DNA from: Negaprion brevirostris
Lineage: Eukaryota
NCBI GenBank assembly: GCA_030324005.1
Contig: JARDVH010000124.1
Span: 40,376,410 to 40,440,409, forward strand
DNA length: 64,000 nucleotides
Direction: 5' to 3'
Position numbers and translations under genes: made by a program. Each line of letters begins with the position of its first letter. Positions within the stretch are counted from its first letter, which is position 1. Below are positions 36,047 to 49,049 of the stretch, one piece after another. The notes under the pieces are model-generated. The model worked only from the letters and a program-made list of their open reading frames with translations, had not been told where the DNA came from and did no database searches.

Positions 36047-37489
36047 GTAAGTCAAACTTTATTTAGCCTAATGGGGCTGAACAAATTATTTTAAGCTCAT
36101 TAATTTGATCAAACAGAGTTCATGCTAATGCTACATGTGCATAAATCTGCTACTAGAGTTAAAAACCTTGCAGGCTTATGTGATCAGAATAGCATGTGTG
36201 AGCACATACAATGATGCAGCTTTATTACTCTGGGACAGGGTAGTGACCGACCTAATGGGATTTTTTTCATATAAAATAAATGATTTGCTGTAACAGCTGG
36301 TGTTCTGAACAGGACATTATCTGTAGAAAATCCATATTTTAAATGGAGGTTGATCTTCTGTGGCATTGCTCATATTTTTGTAACATTTTCTCTATCTCTA
36401 TAATTTTTTTGTTACTCTGGCCCTCTTTCTGCCCAATCCACTGTTGTTCTATCTTTCTGGGGCCCTGTCAGATAATTGTTATCATTGCTGCGTCTGGTTT
36501 TCTGTTGTACCTGACTTTTCATGCTATCGTAAAGTTGTCAATTCTTTGTGAATACCTGTCACTTTGACTTCTATGGCCACAGCAAACAAGGAGAGGGTTT
36601 GAATGTAGGATCATTATTCACCAATGTATCACCAAAGCCTACACTCTCAGGTATTGGAAAAAGGAAGTGCTACTTGACATCCAAGAAGAGAACAAGGAGG
36701 GATGCGTTTGTGCTTCTCTTCAGGAAATCAGTAAGCCTACCCTGTATGTGAAACAGCCCACAGATGAGCAACTGTAATCTGAAGGGTAAAATTGTGGCTG
36801 GCCACATTTGAGGAGTGATATAAGTCTACATAATTTGCACTTCAGACTTGCCTTTGTGATGAATGTAATGGGGCCTACCCGGGCAGAGGCTGTCTCTAAA
36901 AAAAAAGCACAAGAATTTCCTAAAAGGGGGGGAAAAGTGGAATGAGCTCTGGGAGAGGATGGAACTCGGAAGGATAACTGTTGGACCCCATAATTTTCCA
37001 AGGTTGGGTGTTTTCTATTGACTGTTGAACCTCACTGCTTCAAACCAGCAATTTGGAGGATGGTTGGATAGATATTGTGGAGTTTCTTGTGATGTACACA
37101 ACATTCAAGGGGTCAGGTGAGATTGAGTCGTTCACAAAGTGTTTATTGCAATAGGGTTTGAGATGAGGTCACCATTAACTTAATCTATTGATGCAGTTAG
37201 TGCTGAGGGGTGTATGTGACGGGTTTCCTCAGCTTGTCAGTCTATTTGTAGTAGCTGGCTTTGATATACCAGAGGAGCTTTTCAGTATCCATTAATAGGA
37301 GGCTATTTAGTCCTTTCAGTCCTGCATCTGTGCCTTTCATTGCTCTCCATTCAATGCCTTTTGTGTTCAGTTCCTAAATCCTTTACCTTTTGTTCCAGGT
37401 CTCTGGGTCTGCAGCTCTTTATGTTTTTTAGTAGAGGCAAATGTGATGATGTGACTGCTGAGAGACGGTTATGGTACTTTCCCACTGTA

Positions 37490-37915
37490 GTATGAAGGAA
37501 ATGCAGTTCAATGTGGAGAAATAGGAGGTCATCTACTTTACAGCGAAGAAAGACAAATTAGAATATTTTCTTCTTTGTATGAGCCTTGGAGTACCGTAGA
37601 AACAAGGGGATTTAGGTGCCCATGTACACATTACTAAAAGCTTGTGCACAGGTAGAAAACCCAATAAAGGCTAATGGAATGTTGACCCTTAGCTCAAGGG
37701 AATTGTATTGCAAAAGTAAGGAAGGAATGCTTCATTTTTACAGTGGCTTGACCAGACCTCTTCTGTAATGTGTTTAGTTTTGGGCGCTGAATATCAAGGA
37801 AGACGTATTGGCCTTGGAGGTTGAAACCAGGCTTAAAACTTTTAAACTCAGGAGAAGTTTCATAAAAATTTGGTTTGTATTCACCTGAATTTAGATGATT
37901 GAGGGGTAATTTAAA
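37490..37915 (+). mobile_element. Old CR1 fragment
   Basis: atgcagttcaatgtggagaaa, ggatttaggtgcccatgtac, aaggctaatggaatgttg, ttttgggcg motifs. Confidence 0.65.
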
Positions 37916-38863
37916 GAAAATAAAGAACTTGCATTTATACACTACCTTTCACAACCTTGGGATATCTGAAAATACTTCACTGCTTAATAAATATTTAAGT
38001 GCAGCCACTGCTGGAGAAAGTGTTGTACAGGGGTACAGTGCAGAAAAGGCCCTTTTGGCCCATCAAGTCTGGACCAATAATTACCACTGGACATGCTAAT
38101 CCCATTTTCCTATATTTGACCCATGTCCTTGAATGTTAAATTTCAAGTGTTCATCCAAATGCCAGGTGTGCAAATATTCGAATTAGGAGCAGGAGCGAGC
38201 CACTCAGCCCCTTGACCTTGCTTTCATCAGAAACTTAACTGGACCAACTATATAAATATTACAAACTGGGAATTTTGCAGCAAGCCAATTTACCACCTGA
38301 TTCCCCAAAGCATGAGCACCATCTCCAAAGCACCAAGTCAGTGTACTTTCTTAGATGGGTAAAATCCAAAAGACTCCATGTCTAACAGCATGCAGAACAA
38401 AGCAGTCAATTTGATCAGCACCCCCCCCCCAGCNNNNNNNNNNNNNNNNNNNNNNNNNNNNNNNNNNNNNNNNNNNNNNNNNNNNNNNNNNNNNNNNNNN
38501 NNNNNNNNNNNNNNNNNNNNNNNNNNNNNNNNNNNNNNNNNNNNNNNNNNNNNNNNNNNNNNNNNNNNNNNNNNNNNNNNNNNNNNNNNNNNNNNNNNNN
38601 NNNNNNNNNNNNNNNNNNNNNNNNNNNNNNNNNNNNNNNNNNNNNNNNNNNNACTGGGTCAGAATCTTTGAACCCCTTTCCTAACAGCACCTTGGATGTA
38701 CCTACAGCTAATGAACCATAATTTTCAAGAAGATAGATCACCATCTTGAGGGCAATAAATGCGAGCCTTGCATTCCCATGAGGTCTCAACTGCAATGACA
38801 TAATCAAGTAAATTGTTTTAAAGTAATGCTGGTTAAGGGTTAAATGTTGGTCAGGGCAGCAGG

Positions 38864-39182
38864 GAATCATGGAACCCTACAGTGCAGAAAGAGGCCCTTC
38901 GGCCCATCGAGTCTGCACTGAACACAATCCCAACCAGGCCCTACCCACACATCGCTACGTATTTTACCCACTAATCCCTCTAACCAATGCATCTCAGGAC
39001 ACTAAGGAGCAATTTTTTAGCATGGCCTTCAACCTAACCTGCACATCTTTGGACTGTGGGAGGAAACTGGAGGAAACCCATGCAGACACGAGGAAAATGT
39101 GCCAACTCCACACAGCTGGGAATAGAACCCAGGTCCCTGGAGCTATGAAGCAGCAGTGCTAACCACTGTTACCGTGCTGCCC
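38864..39182 (-). mobile_element. HE1/V-SINE-like SINE nested in a SacSINE1-like copy
   Basis: Colinear with 18398-18734. Flanks 38790-38863 and 39185-39391 are consecutive DeuSINE-like pieces. Confidence 0.85.
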
Positions 39183-41499
39183 CAAATATAGAATATTCCT
39201 CTACTGAGTGCCAAGAATCCTTCCTCTATGCAAGAGGGCAAACAATCCTAGGTTTAATATCCCTTTTGAAAGACTCTGTTCCCTCAGCACTGCACTGAAG
39301 TGTCGGCCTAAATTATGTGATCCAGTCTTTGGAGTGGGACTTGAGCCTCTGACCCAAAAGTGGGACTGCTCACTATGGAGCGATGGCTGACATAATCATG
39401 GTCTTGAAAAAGATAGGAATTTATAGGGTAAATGGAGAAATTACTTCTCAGAAGGGGGTTTCTGCATAAGAGGCATAATTTTTAAGTAAGAATTAGACCG
39501 GTTAGGAACGTAAATGGGACATATTTTTCGTCGAAACTATTATTGAAGTCTGCACCTATCTCCCTCAACAGGTTGTAGATTGAGTCATGTGGAACAAAAT
39601 TAAATTTTTGGTGAGAGACAGTGTTAATGTTTCAGTTCACTGATGAAAGGGAAATGACCTGAAACATGAACTTTCTGTCTTCGCATATAGAGTCTGGTCT
39701 ACTGGGTATTGTCAACATTTGCTATTTTTATTTCTGATTTCAATATCTGCAGTGTACCTTCTTAAAATTTTAGTTTTTTGCGCAGTTCCTTTTTAAAAAT
39801 TTTTGCACAGATGCAGACATGTGCTGTAGCCTTTAGACTGCATCCAGGCAGCTTGGTAGGAACATCAATCCCCACAGTATTTTGTTTGTGATCATTTTTC
39901 AGAAATCAAGGGTGTTGAGGAACATGAGGTAAGTGAGACTGAGATTGTGATCAGCACAATCTAATAATGTACCAGGCAGCAGACAAATTTAGCTGGAATT
40001 ATGTTAAGTATTAAAGATTGCTCAGCAGGGCAGTGCTGATGTCCTCATACAAACTCAACCATTGCAACACAGAGCCTTTTGAGATGTATATTCATGATTT
40101 TCAGAAAACTAATGTCTCAAGCAAGAGAAAGCCTGTTACTGCAGCCATCATAACTTGATTTTCTCAGACCCATTCCCAGAGCTACTTTGAAAAGGGAAAT
40201 GTTGTCATCAAACAGGCAGGCAGTAGGGGGTGTGCAGATGATCATCTCGTTCTCATGTGGCTTCATTATCATTTGAGGAGCAGGGACAGCCAGTGGGATT
40301 GTTGGGAGCAAGTACCTGGGCTTAGTATTTTTCACTTCTGGATAATGAAGTGTCAGTGGGGGTGCTTCATATAGAGGGGTCCCTCGTTGGCAAAGTTGAT
40401 TGACCCCCTGCTTTACTGGCAGGTTATATTTGGAGATGGGTATGGGATGAGTGGTCAGCTGTTTGGGGGATTATTGATTTTATTAGCTGTTGTGCTATGA
40501 TTCACTTGGCTTGAACTACTTGAATAGATTGATGCTGTTGAATGTCACTATGGTTTACATAAGAACATCCTCATGCTCTGTGCATTAGGGCTCCTCCTAG
40601 TCCAAAATGCAGGTAGGTGGGGTAGAGATGGGTACAGAAGCGTTTTATTTATAATGTTTTTTCCTGGATGCATTTTGTACAGTGTGATACTGGGAATGTC
40701 TACTAGCAACTTTGAATTCCATGGGAGAATGATCTTGTGTGAAGCTTTGCAGCAGTTGGCATCCTGTGATTTGGCTGTTGACCAGATCATTGCATAAATA
40801 ATGGTCTGTTTTTTCAATTTATTCCCTTGGTTGTACTTTTTTGTTGAATTGTTTTGGTTAAATTCTTCTTTGCTTTTATGTTGCACAGTTCCTACTTTGC
40901 ATTGTAGTAGCTGGCCTTTTGTTGTTATTTCCAATCTACTGAGGCCACCTCTTGAAACTTTGTTTCATTCTATGATTCTGCAGCATCTTGGTTCTTTCTC
41001 TTCTGCTCTCTGGTTGTTTGAGTTTACCTTTTTACTTTTTCCCCATCAGCCTTCCATTCTCTTTCAATGATTGCTGTGTTGGTGAGTGAAGAGAACATGC
41101 TTCAGTCAGGAGTTTGGGGTTTCAAAGTTTTTGTTCCTTTTTAAATACAGCCATCCTTCTGCATACTGCAACAGGAGACTGCAGGGGATCAATTGGGAGG
41201 AGCTGCTAGAGGCTTAAGTCAGGGATTTTTTTAAGAAGAGGCCCCTCTGTGCTGCCCCACTGTTACAACCATTAACAGACCAGGAAAGCAGAATACATGT
41301 CAGCGTGAAATGACTTGGATGACTATGGATTTCTGAAAGTCTTAAAAATAAATCTGAAACCCTTTGAAACATGCGGGCATGTTGATGGTGGGGCCACCAG
41401 AAGCCCAAGGTATGATTTTGCATCAGTCTGTTGAAGTGTGTAAAGGTTTAAAATCACTCAAATTGGTTGCATCTTTTTGAACTCTATGTAAACACCTAA

Positions 41500-41920
41500 A
41501 CAACAACTTGCATTTATACTGCACCTTTTAATGTAGCTGTACATTTTCACTTCACAATAACATTATCAATCAAGATTTGACTCCAAGCTCCTACAGGATC
41601 AAAAGCTTGGTCAAAGAAATGCATTTTAAAGCATAGTTTAAAGGGTGATAGAAAGAGACAGAGGTTTAGGGAAGGACTTCCAGAGCTCGGAGCTAACTCG
41701 GCTGAAATTGTAGCTACCACCATTGGAACAATCGAAATCTGAGATGTGAAGGAGGCCAGAGTGGGATGAGCAAAGGTCTGAGGTGGTGGACTAGAGAAAG
41801 TTATAGTGATGGGAAGGAGAGGTGAAGGAGTTCGAGGACAAAGTTAAGAATTTTAAAATTGAGATCTTGCTGGGTCAAGAGCCAGTGTTGATCGTCAAGC
41901 ACAGGCTTGATAGGTGAACA
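41500..41920 (-). mobile_element. L2-clade LINE 3' end
   Basis: aacaacaacttgcatttatactgcacctttt tail and purine-rich body; similar ends at about 3125 and 21755. Confidence 0.65.
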
Positions 41921-42161
41921 GGTCTTTTTTATTCTTTCATGGAATGTGGGTGTCATTGGCAAGACCATCCTTAATTGCCTCTGAATTGAATCACTTGCTA
42001 GGTTATTACAAGTGTCATTACGAGGCTACTATATTGCTGTGGATCTGGAGTCACGTAGGTCAGACCGAGTAAGAATGGCAGATTTCCTAAACGACATTAG
42101 TGAACTGGATAGGTTTTACAGCAATCAATGAAACTATTACTGAAACTAGCTTTATATTCCA

Positions 42162-42446
42162 GGTGGTGCAGTGATTAGCACTGCTGCCCCTCAGTGCCAG
42201 GGACATAGATTCAATTACCAGCTTGAGTCACTGTCTGTGCAGATTTTGCACATTCTCCCTGTGCCTGCATGGGTTTCCTCCCAGGTGCTCCAGTTCCCTC
42301 CCACACTCGTGCTGGTTAGGTGCCTTGACCACGCTAAATTCTCCCTCAGTGTACCCGGACAGTCACCGAGTCTGGTGACTAGAGGATTTTCACAGTAACT
42401 TCATTGCAGTGTTAATGTAAACCTACTTGTGACACTAACAAACTTT
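42162..42446 (+). mobile_element. V-SINE-like SINE (alternative tail) nested in the second SINE family
   Basis: ggtggtgcagtgattagcactgctgcc head, V-domain, tail as at 26905-26985. Flanks 41930-42161 and 42447-42553 are the two halves of a minus-strand copy of the 29876 SINE. Confidence 0.85.
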
Positions 42447-44634
42447 AAATTTCCCCAGCTGCCATGATGGGATTTAACCCATGTCCACAGTGCATTAACC
42501 TGAACCTCTGGATTACTTGTTCAGTAACATCATTGCTATGCCACCATCTTCCCTCTTGGTGGAAGTTAAAATATTTAAGTTCAGCAGTAAGCCTGAAAAC
42601 AGTCCCTAACTTTGTATTTGGTGTTGTGTACTTTGTTTTCTAATCAATGAAAAGAAAATACTTCATGAAAAGTCTCATTTTAATAATTATATAATCAACT
42701 CCAGTTTATAAATTCATTCTCTAGACTTTAATTTCATTCATAACCTAGAATATTCCAGATCCCTGTTTGCAATGTTTGAAAATAATGGTTAGTGATAGCA
42801 TGCTATGGTTGACCTCAGTCCCTCTGAAATGCAGAATAGCCAGGGTTCTTTTGATCCCTGCTGGAAGAATGGTTCAGGTTTGGTAGTGATTTTTGCCTTT
42901 TTCCCATCTTCTTCCCCTCTCATGGCTAAAAAAAAAGTTGGTGAATGCTGAAGGTTCAGTTACAGTAACATGCCAAAGGACAATGGGCACCAGTTGTAGC
43001 CCAGCAATCAGACTTAGTTGGAGCAGAGGAAATTGAACTTGAATTGTAACTCAGCGATAGTGTTTTTAAGTAAACAGTTGAGTGTGATGTAGTCTGAATG
43101 TTTATAGTTGTGTGGCCAGAAGGCTTTTTAATAAAAGCAAGTATTTTCAGTGAGAATATTTTCAATATATATTAATATGTATAATGTTTCTACATTTAAT
43201 ATGTTGAAGGATCTTTCAATAAACTTTGAGAAAGTTGTTGGTCAGTTCTGCTTAAAGCAATGTTGCCTGTTATAAATTGCGTTCATTAAACAAAAGCTGA
43301 GACAAATTAACTGAAATTTGGAGTATGGCTGCCAGGACAGTAAATAGTTGAAGCTTACTTGGTTGAGCATTTGTGGCTACTGTCAGATGTACATTCCAGA
43401 AACCACAGTGCTGCCTGTGATTTATGTTTGAACTTAGTGCCCTCCTCCAGTCTTTGTGTATGACATTTTCAGGATTAATGGTCACATGAGTGACATTTCC
43501 ATTAGCACCCTATATGTGCAAATAACTCACAAATGGCAGGTAACTTCCTTTATTGTAATTGATAAATGCGCTTAAGGGTTTAACTTGCACAGGAGGAATG
43601 GTATCCACTGAAAGTCATGTTATGTTTAAATGTCAGCTATATTCAAATCCTACCACCTTTTTGTAAACAGAGCTGTTTCAAAAGTCAATACTAAATGCAG
43701 AGGCTTAAACAAAATAAGTGTTTTTGTTCCCCAGAAATACATTTAAAAATTCTAGTTTTCCATTCTGCTTAAGTGCCATTTGTTAACAGTCAACTTGGGT
43801 GTTTTTTTTTAAGCCAATACATTTCAATATTTGCTTTGTAATTCAGAACTGGGCCACCAGTTTCTTAGCAATGTTACTATACTGTGGAAAATCCACTTAA
43901 CCATACGTTTTTACACCATGGGAGGTGACCCTTGTTCTGAGTCGTACATTTGTGTTCCTGGATCCATCTTTCTGGCATCAACAGGCTTTGTATTCCGCAG
44001 CATCACTCCACAAATTTCCAATGAAATGCTCGTCATAAACGTGGTTCAAGTAATTGGCTCACAATACCCAAAATACATAAAAGGAAGAAAACAATTCATG
44101 TCTTTGGCAGGGGGAAGAAAATGAAATGTTATACTCTTGAGTTTAAAGATATGCCTAACACACAGTTTATTCAACTTGCAAAAACTCAACTGTGTTTAAT
44201 GGCTAAACACCTATTCCATTAAAAATTCATACATAATTGAAAACCAGGATGGCAATTCCTTTTGATAATCAAAATTTCTGAAAGAGGTTTTATTTTGCAA
44301 GATTTTGAGTTCTGAGGAAAAATGGTGAATTAAATGCACTTCTGTGTGGATTGGCACCTTGGCATGGTGGAAAGACATTCCAGTGATTCCTTGTCAGGAG
44401 GTCCTTGCAGGGCCACTCATAGTGGCAGAGTTGAGGAGAGGTGCCAGGCAAAGTGCAGTCCAAAAAGGCATCCACAGCAGAACAGGCAAAGGAATACTAT
44501 GTGTCTCGCTGTCTGCCAAGATGGAACAAGAACACAGACGTTGTTAGTCTATGCTTAAACTGGACCAGCTGATGGGCAACATGACAGCTCGGTGACTACC
44601 GCTGTTTGCTGTGCAGATACATGGATTTGGGCCA

Positions 44635-44910
44635 GTGTCTGTGGGAGTTTGCACATCCTCCCCGTGCTTGCGTGGGTTTTCTCCCACACCCCAAAAACGT
44701 GCTCTTAGGCTGATTGGTGTTAACAAATTGTCCCTAATTTAGGCATCCCTCAATATGGTTATAATTCTCTAAATTTGCACACCTTCATTGTGGAGTCCAG
44801 TAGGCGTAGACAAAGGTCATAGTTAGAAGGGGCACTCAGTGGTAAAATGACGACGTGGGCTTGTAGGGCTGAAGGGCCTGTTTCCTGTGCTGTGGTGTTC
44901 TTTGTTCTTT
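44635..44910 (+). mobile_element. V-SINE-like fragment
   Basis: gtctgtgggagtttgcacatcctccccgtgcttgcgtgggtttt; tail gggctgaagggcctgtttcctgtgctgt. Confidence 0.65.
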
Positions 44911-44929
44911 AAGAAGGTTGCCTACTGCA

Positions 44930-45260
44930 TCAGATGTGCAAGCCACTCTCAGTCTCTTGTGGTTTTTCATACAAGATGTTCAGCCTGCCTGAGTGTTGTC
45001 AAAACAAAACTTGTATATCGACCATATCTGGTCAGCCAAATTTTCATTCTCGTATGCATGTTGAAGGAGAGAATATGGAATTAGTTGAGCACTTCCAATA
45101 TCTTGGCAGCCACCTCTCAAAAGGCCCTCGTTGAAATCCAATGCCAGATCAGCTGTGCCAATTCAGTCTAACACAAGTTACAACAGGGAGTGCTTGATGA
45201 CAAAGCTTCTGCAATCCTAACAAAAGTCCTAGAGTATACAGTAGTTATCATCACTCCTGT
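44930..45260 (+). mobile_element. RTE-clade LINE fragment
   Basis: VEGENMELVEHFQYLGSHLSK followed by EIQCQISCA, resembling the RTE RT C-terminal motif. Confidence 0.6.
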
Positions 45261-48200
45261 ATTATAATGCTAAAGAAATTCCATCAGCAATACTTATGCG
45301 TACTTCAGATTTTAATGGTGGGGGACTGCTAAGCAAATGTAAGTTTTCTTGAAGATGGGTCCAGTAGCATTCCAGTAAAACTCCTACAGAATCAATCTGA
45401 GCTGGACTTTTTTGTGNNNNNNNNNNNNNNNNNNNNNNNNNNNNNNNNNNNNNNNNNNNNNNNNNNNNNNNNNNNNNNNNNNNNNNNNNNNNNNNNNNNN
45501 NNNNNNNNNNNNNNNNNNNNNNNNNNNNNNNNNNNNNNNNNNNNNNNNNNNNNNNNNNNNNNNNNNNNNNNNNNNNNNNNNNNNNNNNNNNNNNNNNNNN
45601 NNNNNNNNNNNNNNNNNNNNNNNNNNNNNNNNNNNNNNNNNNNNNNNNNNNNNNNNNNNNNNNNNNNNNNNNNNNNNNNNNNNNNNNNNNNNNNNNNNNN
45701 NNNNNNNNNNNNNNNNNNNNNNNNNNNNNNNNNNNNNNNNNNNNNNNNNNNNNNNNGAAAGTGGGAAAGTGGAACTGATCCACTTCAGATCAGCCATGAT
45801 CTTATTGAATGGCGGGGCAGGCTTGAAGGGCTATAGATGGCCGACTCCTGCTCCTATTTCTTGTGTTCTATTTCACCTGTAGTCTGTGGGAAGCGATTTG
45901 AATGAAAAATCTCATTCAACCTTAATCCATTTTTTCGGTTTACAGATGCTGTTGGCCCTCCTGTGTATTTATTTTGTTTATTTCTTTTGGTATGCTTCAG
46001 GTACCAGGGTTGCAATTCTCCCGAAGGATTTCGCAATGTTGTCCCTGGTGGGAAAACTGGTGAGATTCCTATTGGGTGGGTTTGCGCCATCCAGATTGCA
46101 GCCCACTCGCACTTAGTCATTTTGTTTGGAGCTTGGGGGGATTCCTGATGGCAAAGATGTGTGGATCTGAAAGATGCTAGCAAGGTGATTTACACTCCGA
46201 ACTCCGGGGGTGGGGGGTGATTCACACAAATTGTATCCTCTGCCCCGCCACCCCTTCCAATCAACATTGGTTGCTGACTTATTCTTTCTTGCATGTTGGA
46301 GTAGAACAAAGGGGCTTCAGGCTTGTTTCAGATTAAGTGCTACAGAAGTATGTCACCCACACGCACTTCCTTGAACATAGCAAACGTTCTGTTAAAATGT
46401 TAACTCTCCCTTAACCCCCTCCTTTAATTTTTTTTGTGATTGTTTTAAACTTTTATGGCCTCATTATCACCACCTTACCAATTAATGGAAGCAATCCAAC
46501 TCAAATTTGTCGTAAATCTTCAGAATCTTTTGAAACTTCAGTATCCTAATTTATCGTCTCTAAGTATAACCCTTTATCTCTGATGCCACCCAGGTCATTC
46601 TGGCACTGATCCTTCATCATTCCTTTTTATATCAAGCCTAAAGTGAGGGTCCAAAACTGTAGTGTCTTACCAGCTGTAGCTTATGCACAAGCATCAGCAT
46701 ATCATCTTGGATTTTGTATTGTTTGCTTTAAGATGCAAATAGCCATTATCCTATTAATCTGTATGAAAGCCAAGCTTTGTATATTCCTATATCTGCCATC
46801 AGCTATTAACATAAGAACATAAGAAATAGGAGCAGGAGTAGGCCATCTAGCCCCTCGAGCCTGCCCCACCATTCAATACGATCATNNNNNNNNNNNNNNN
46901 NNNNNNNNNNNNNNNNNNNNNNNNNNNNNNNNNNNNNNNNNNNNNNNNNNNNNNNNNNNNNNNNNNNNNNNNNNNNNNNNNNNNNGCTTAAAATATTTAG
47001 GTGAGCATTCTTTGGTGTCTTGGTTCAAAAAGGCAGTTTGGAAAATAGATCCAGATGTATGTTCTTTCGTTTGGAAGTAGCATTTTAAACTGGTTTTGTG
47101 CAGATTAGTGTCTCTTCCTTTTGAGCCTCTTGTGACTGAAGTATTCACATTTTACAGCCTTAACTGAATTGACATTTGAACACACAGCACTTTGAACACT
47201 TGAATTTTCTGCCAGTGCTTAATTTAGACCTAGAACCTGTGATTCTGAATTTTAATTTGCCTCTGATGTTTGCATAATACATCTAAATGGCACTAGCCTT
47301 CAATTAGAACTTAACATCTGCCAAGCTTGACAAGATAATTTGTTAAATATATGTTGCATTGCTATTATCTTGCTCATTCCAGCTACTCTATAGCTACTTC
47401 CTGGGTGCAACTAAAAGCAGTTATTATGGATGGTATAAAAACAGATCCTGCTGGAAAAACTCATCAGGACAGTCAGCATCTGTGGAGAATGCAACAAAGT
47501 TAATGTTTTGATTCCAATATGACTTCAGAATATTGTGGGTGGTATTTACAAATCATCCACATGGAATAGCCCACAGATTTTGACTAACATCTCTTTAGAT
47601 TGAGCAATAGAAGACATTTCATTTGGCTTGTTGGTTCTGAGTTGGAGTTTCTCTTTGCCCTGTATGGAATTACTTCTCTTCATTCTGCTTATTAATTGGT
47701 CAGTCTCCAGCAATGTGGAGGATTGATTTGGAGAAGAAAAGTTACTTTTGAGGTTGGCTTCACCCCTTTCTTAAGGGGCATCTTCCACATGCTCACTTTC
47801 ACACAGCTATCCCTTGCACCTTGTGGAGAATGCAAATTGACGGGTCTATTTTTTTTCAGGAAATGCCTTAAGAGACAAGCTTCAGTGCAGAGCTCACCTT
47901 GCATGGTGCACATAAGTCAGAAGGGTCACATGGGAGCATCATTATCATCCTTGCAGCAAAATATATCTAGGGGGAGGCTGGCTCACCATGTGACTCTTTC
48001 AAACAAACCTAGCTTGATATCTTTCTACTCTGTGAGGGGACGTGGTTGGGAATGGGGTGGGTGAGGTGTGGAACCAATGGGATTGGCATCTTTACAATGA
48101 ATGTATTTGCATATGACTTCACATAATTGATTTAAGCAAGATAGAAATGCTAAATACTCTTGATTCTAAATGACATGACATACACATTTGTTGTGTAGAC

Positions 48201-48975
48201 GCTCTCTTTAAGACACTCTCTTTTGTGAGGATGGATAACTCCTATTTGCCAGATTATAATTGTCTGAAAGGAAAGGGTTCTAGTAGCCTTTAATGGTAGG
48301 ATTTCCAATTGGNNNNNNNNNNGTCAATCTTTTTTTCTTTATAATCATATTTAAACAGACACTCAAATGGATTTGTATTAAGTTCCATTATCAGAAATGT
48401 CTTGGATGGCAAGAACAGACATTCCATTTAAGTACAGATTGTAGTGCTTAGAGCATTCCACCTGTTGTCTGCATGTTAAGCTAGTTCCCACCCTACTGTC
48501 TGTCTTTAATTGCTGTTTGGCTAGAGGTAGGATTTTTATTGAACAGATGCTGTAACAAAGCAGATGTTTAAAAAATATGTTGACAGCCTTGGAATTGGTA
48601 TTTTCTCAATGCTTTTATAGTCATTCACCCTGTGGACCAGAATAATTGAGGTGAATTGTCAGCCCACTTACCAGAGCAATATCACTACTTATAAAAATTT
48701 GTGCACATGATTGCACAGAAATGTCACATTGTCATCAAACAAAACTGAGCAATCTAAATTATTCATATGTTGCAAATTTTTTTTACAGGAATTGATTTAA
48801 TTGATTTGGACTTAAGTTTTTTTCATGCAAAAGAGAAACAAGAAATTAAGTTTTAGGCCTTCATTCATGACGATCTTTAGTCAAAATTAATATGCTTCAG
48901 AAAGCTGCATAAATTGTATAAATTTACCATATTTCTGCCTCGGTTAATTTTTCCCCCTTTAATCTTTACTTTCAG

Positions 48976-49049
48976 TGTTTGCTAGTTCTGAGCCAGTGCC
49001 AGGATTCCAAGGGGACACCCTGCAGTTAGCATTCATCGACCTCCGACAA
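48976..49049 (+). CDS. EXOC6: EXOC6 internal coding exon, 74 nt
   Basis: tactttcag acceptor, gtaagg donor. c+tg gives L, then FASSEPVPGFQGDTLQLAFIDLRQ; phase 1-0 fits the previous exon. Confidence 0.96.

Noticed and set aside
36980-37280. Possible Penelope GIY-YIG endonuclease remnant on the minus strand
   Set aside because: Only a vague PIA-xHF-like trace across frameshifts; too degraded to support by eye.
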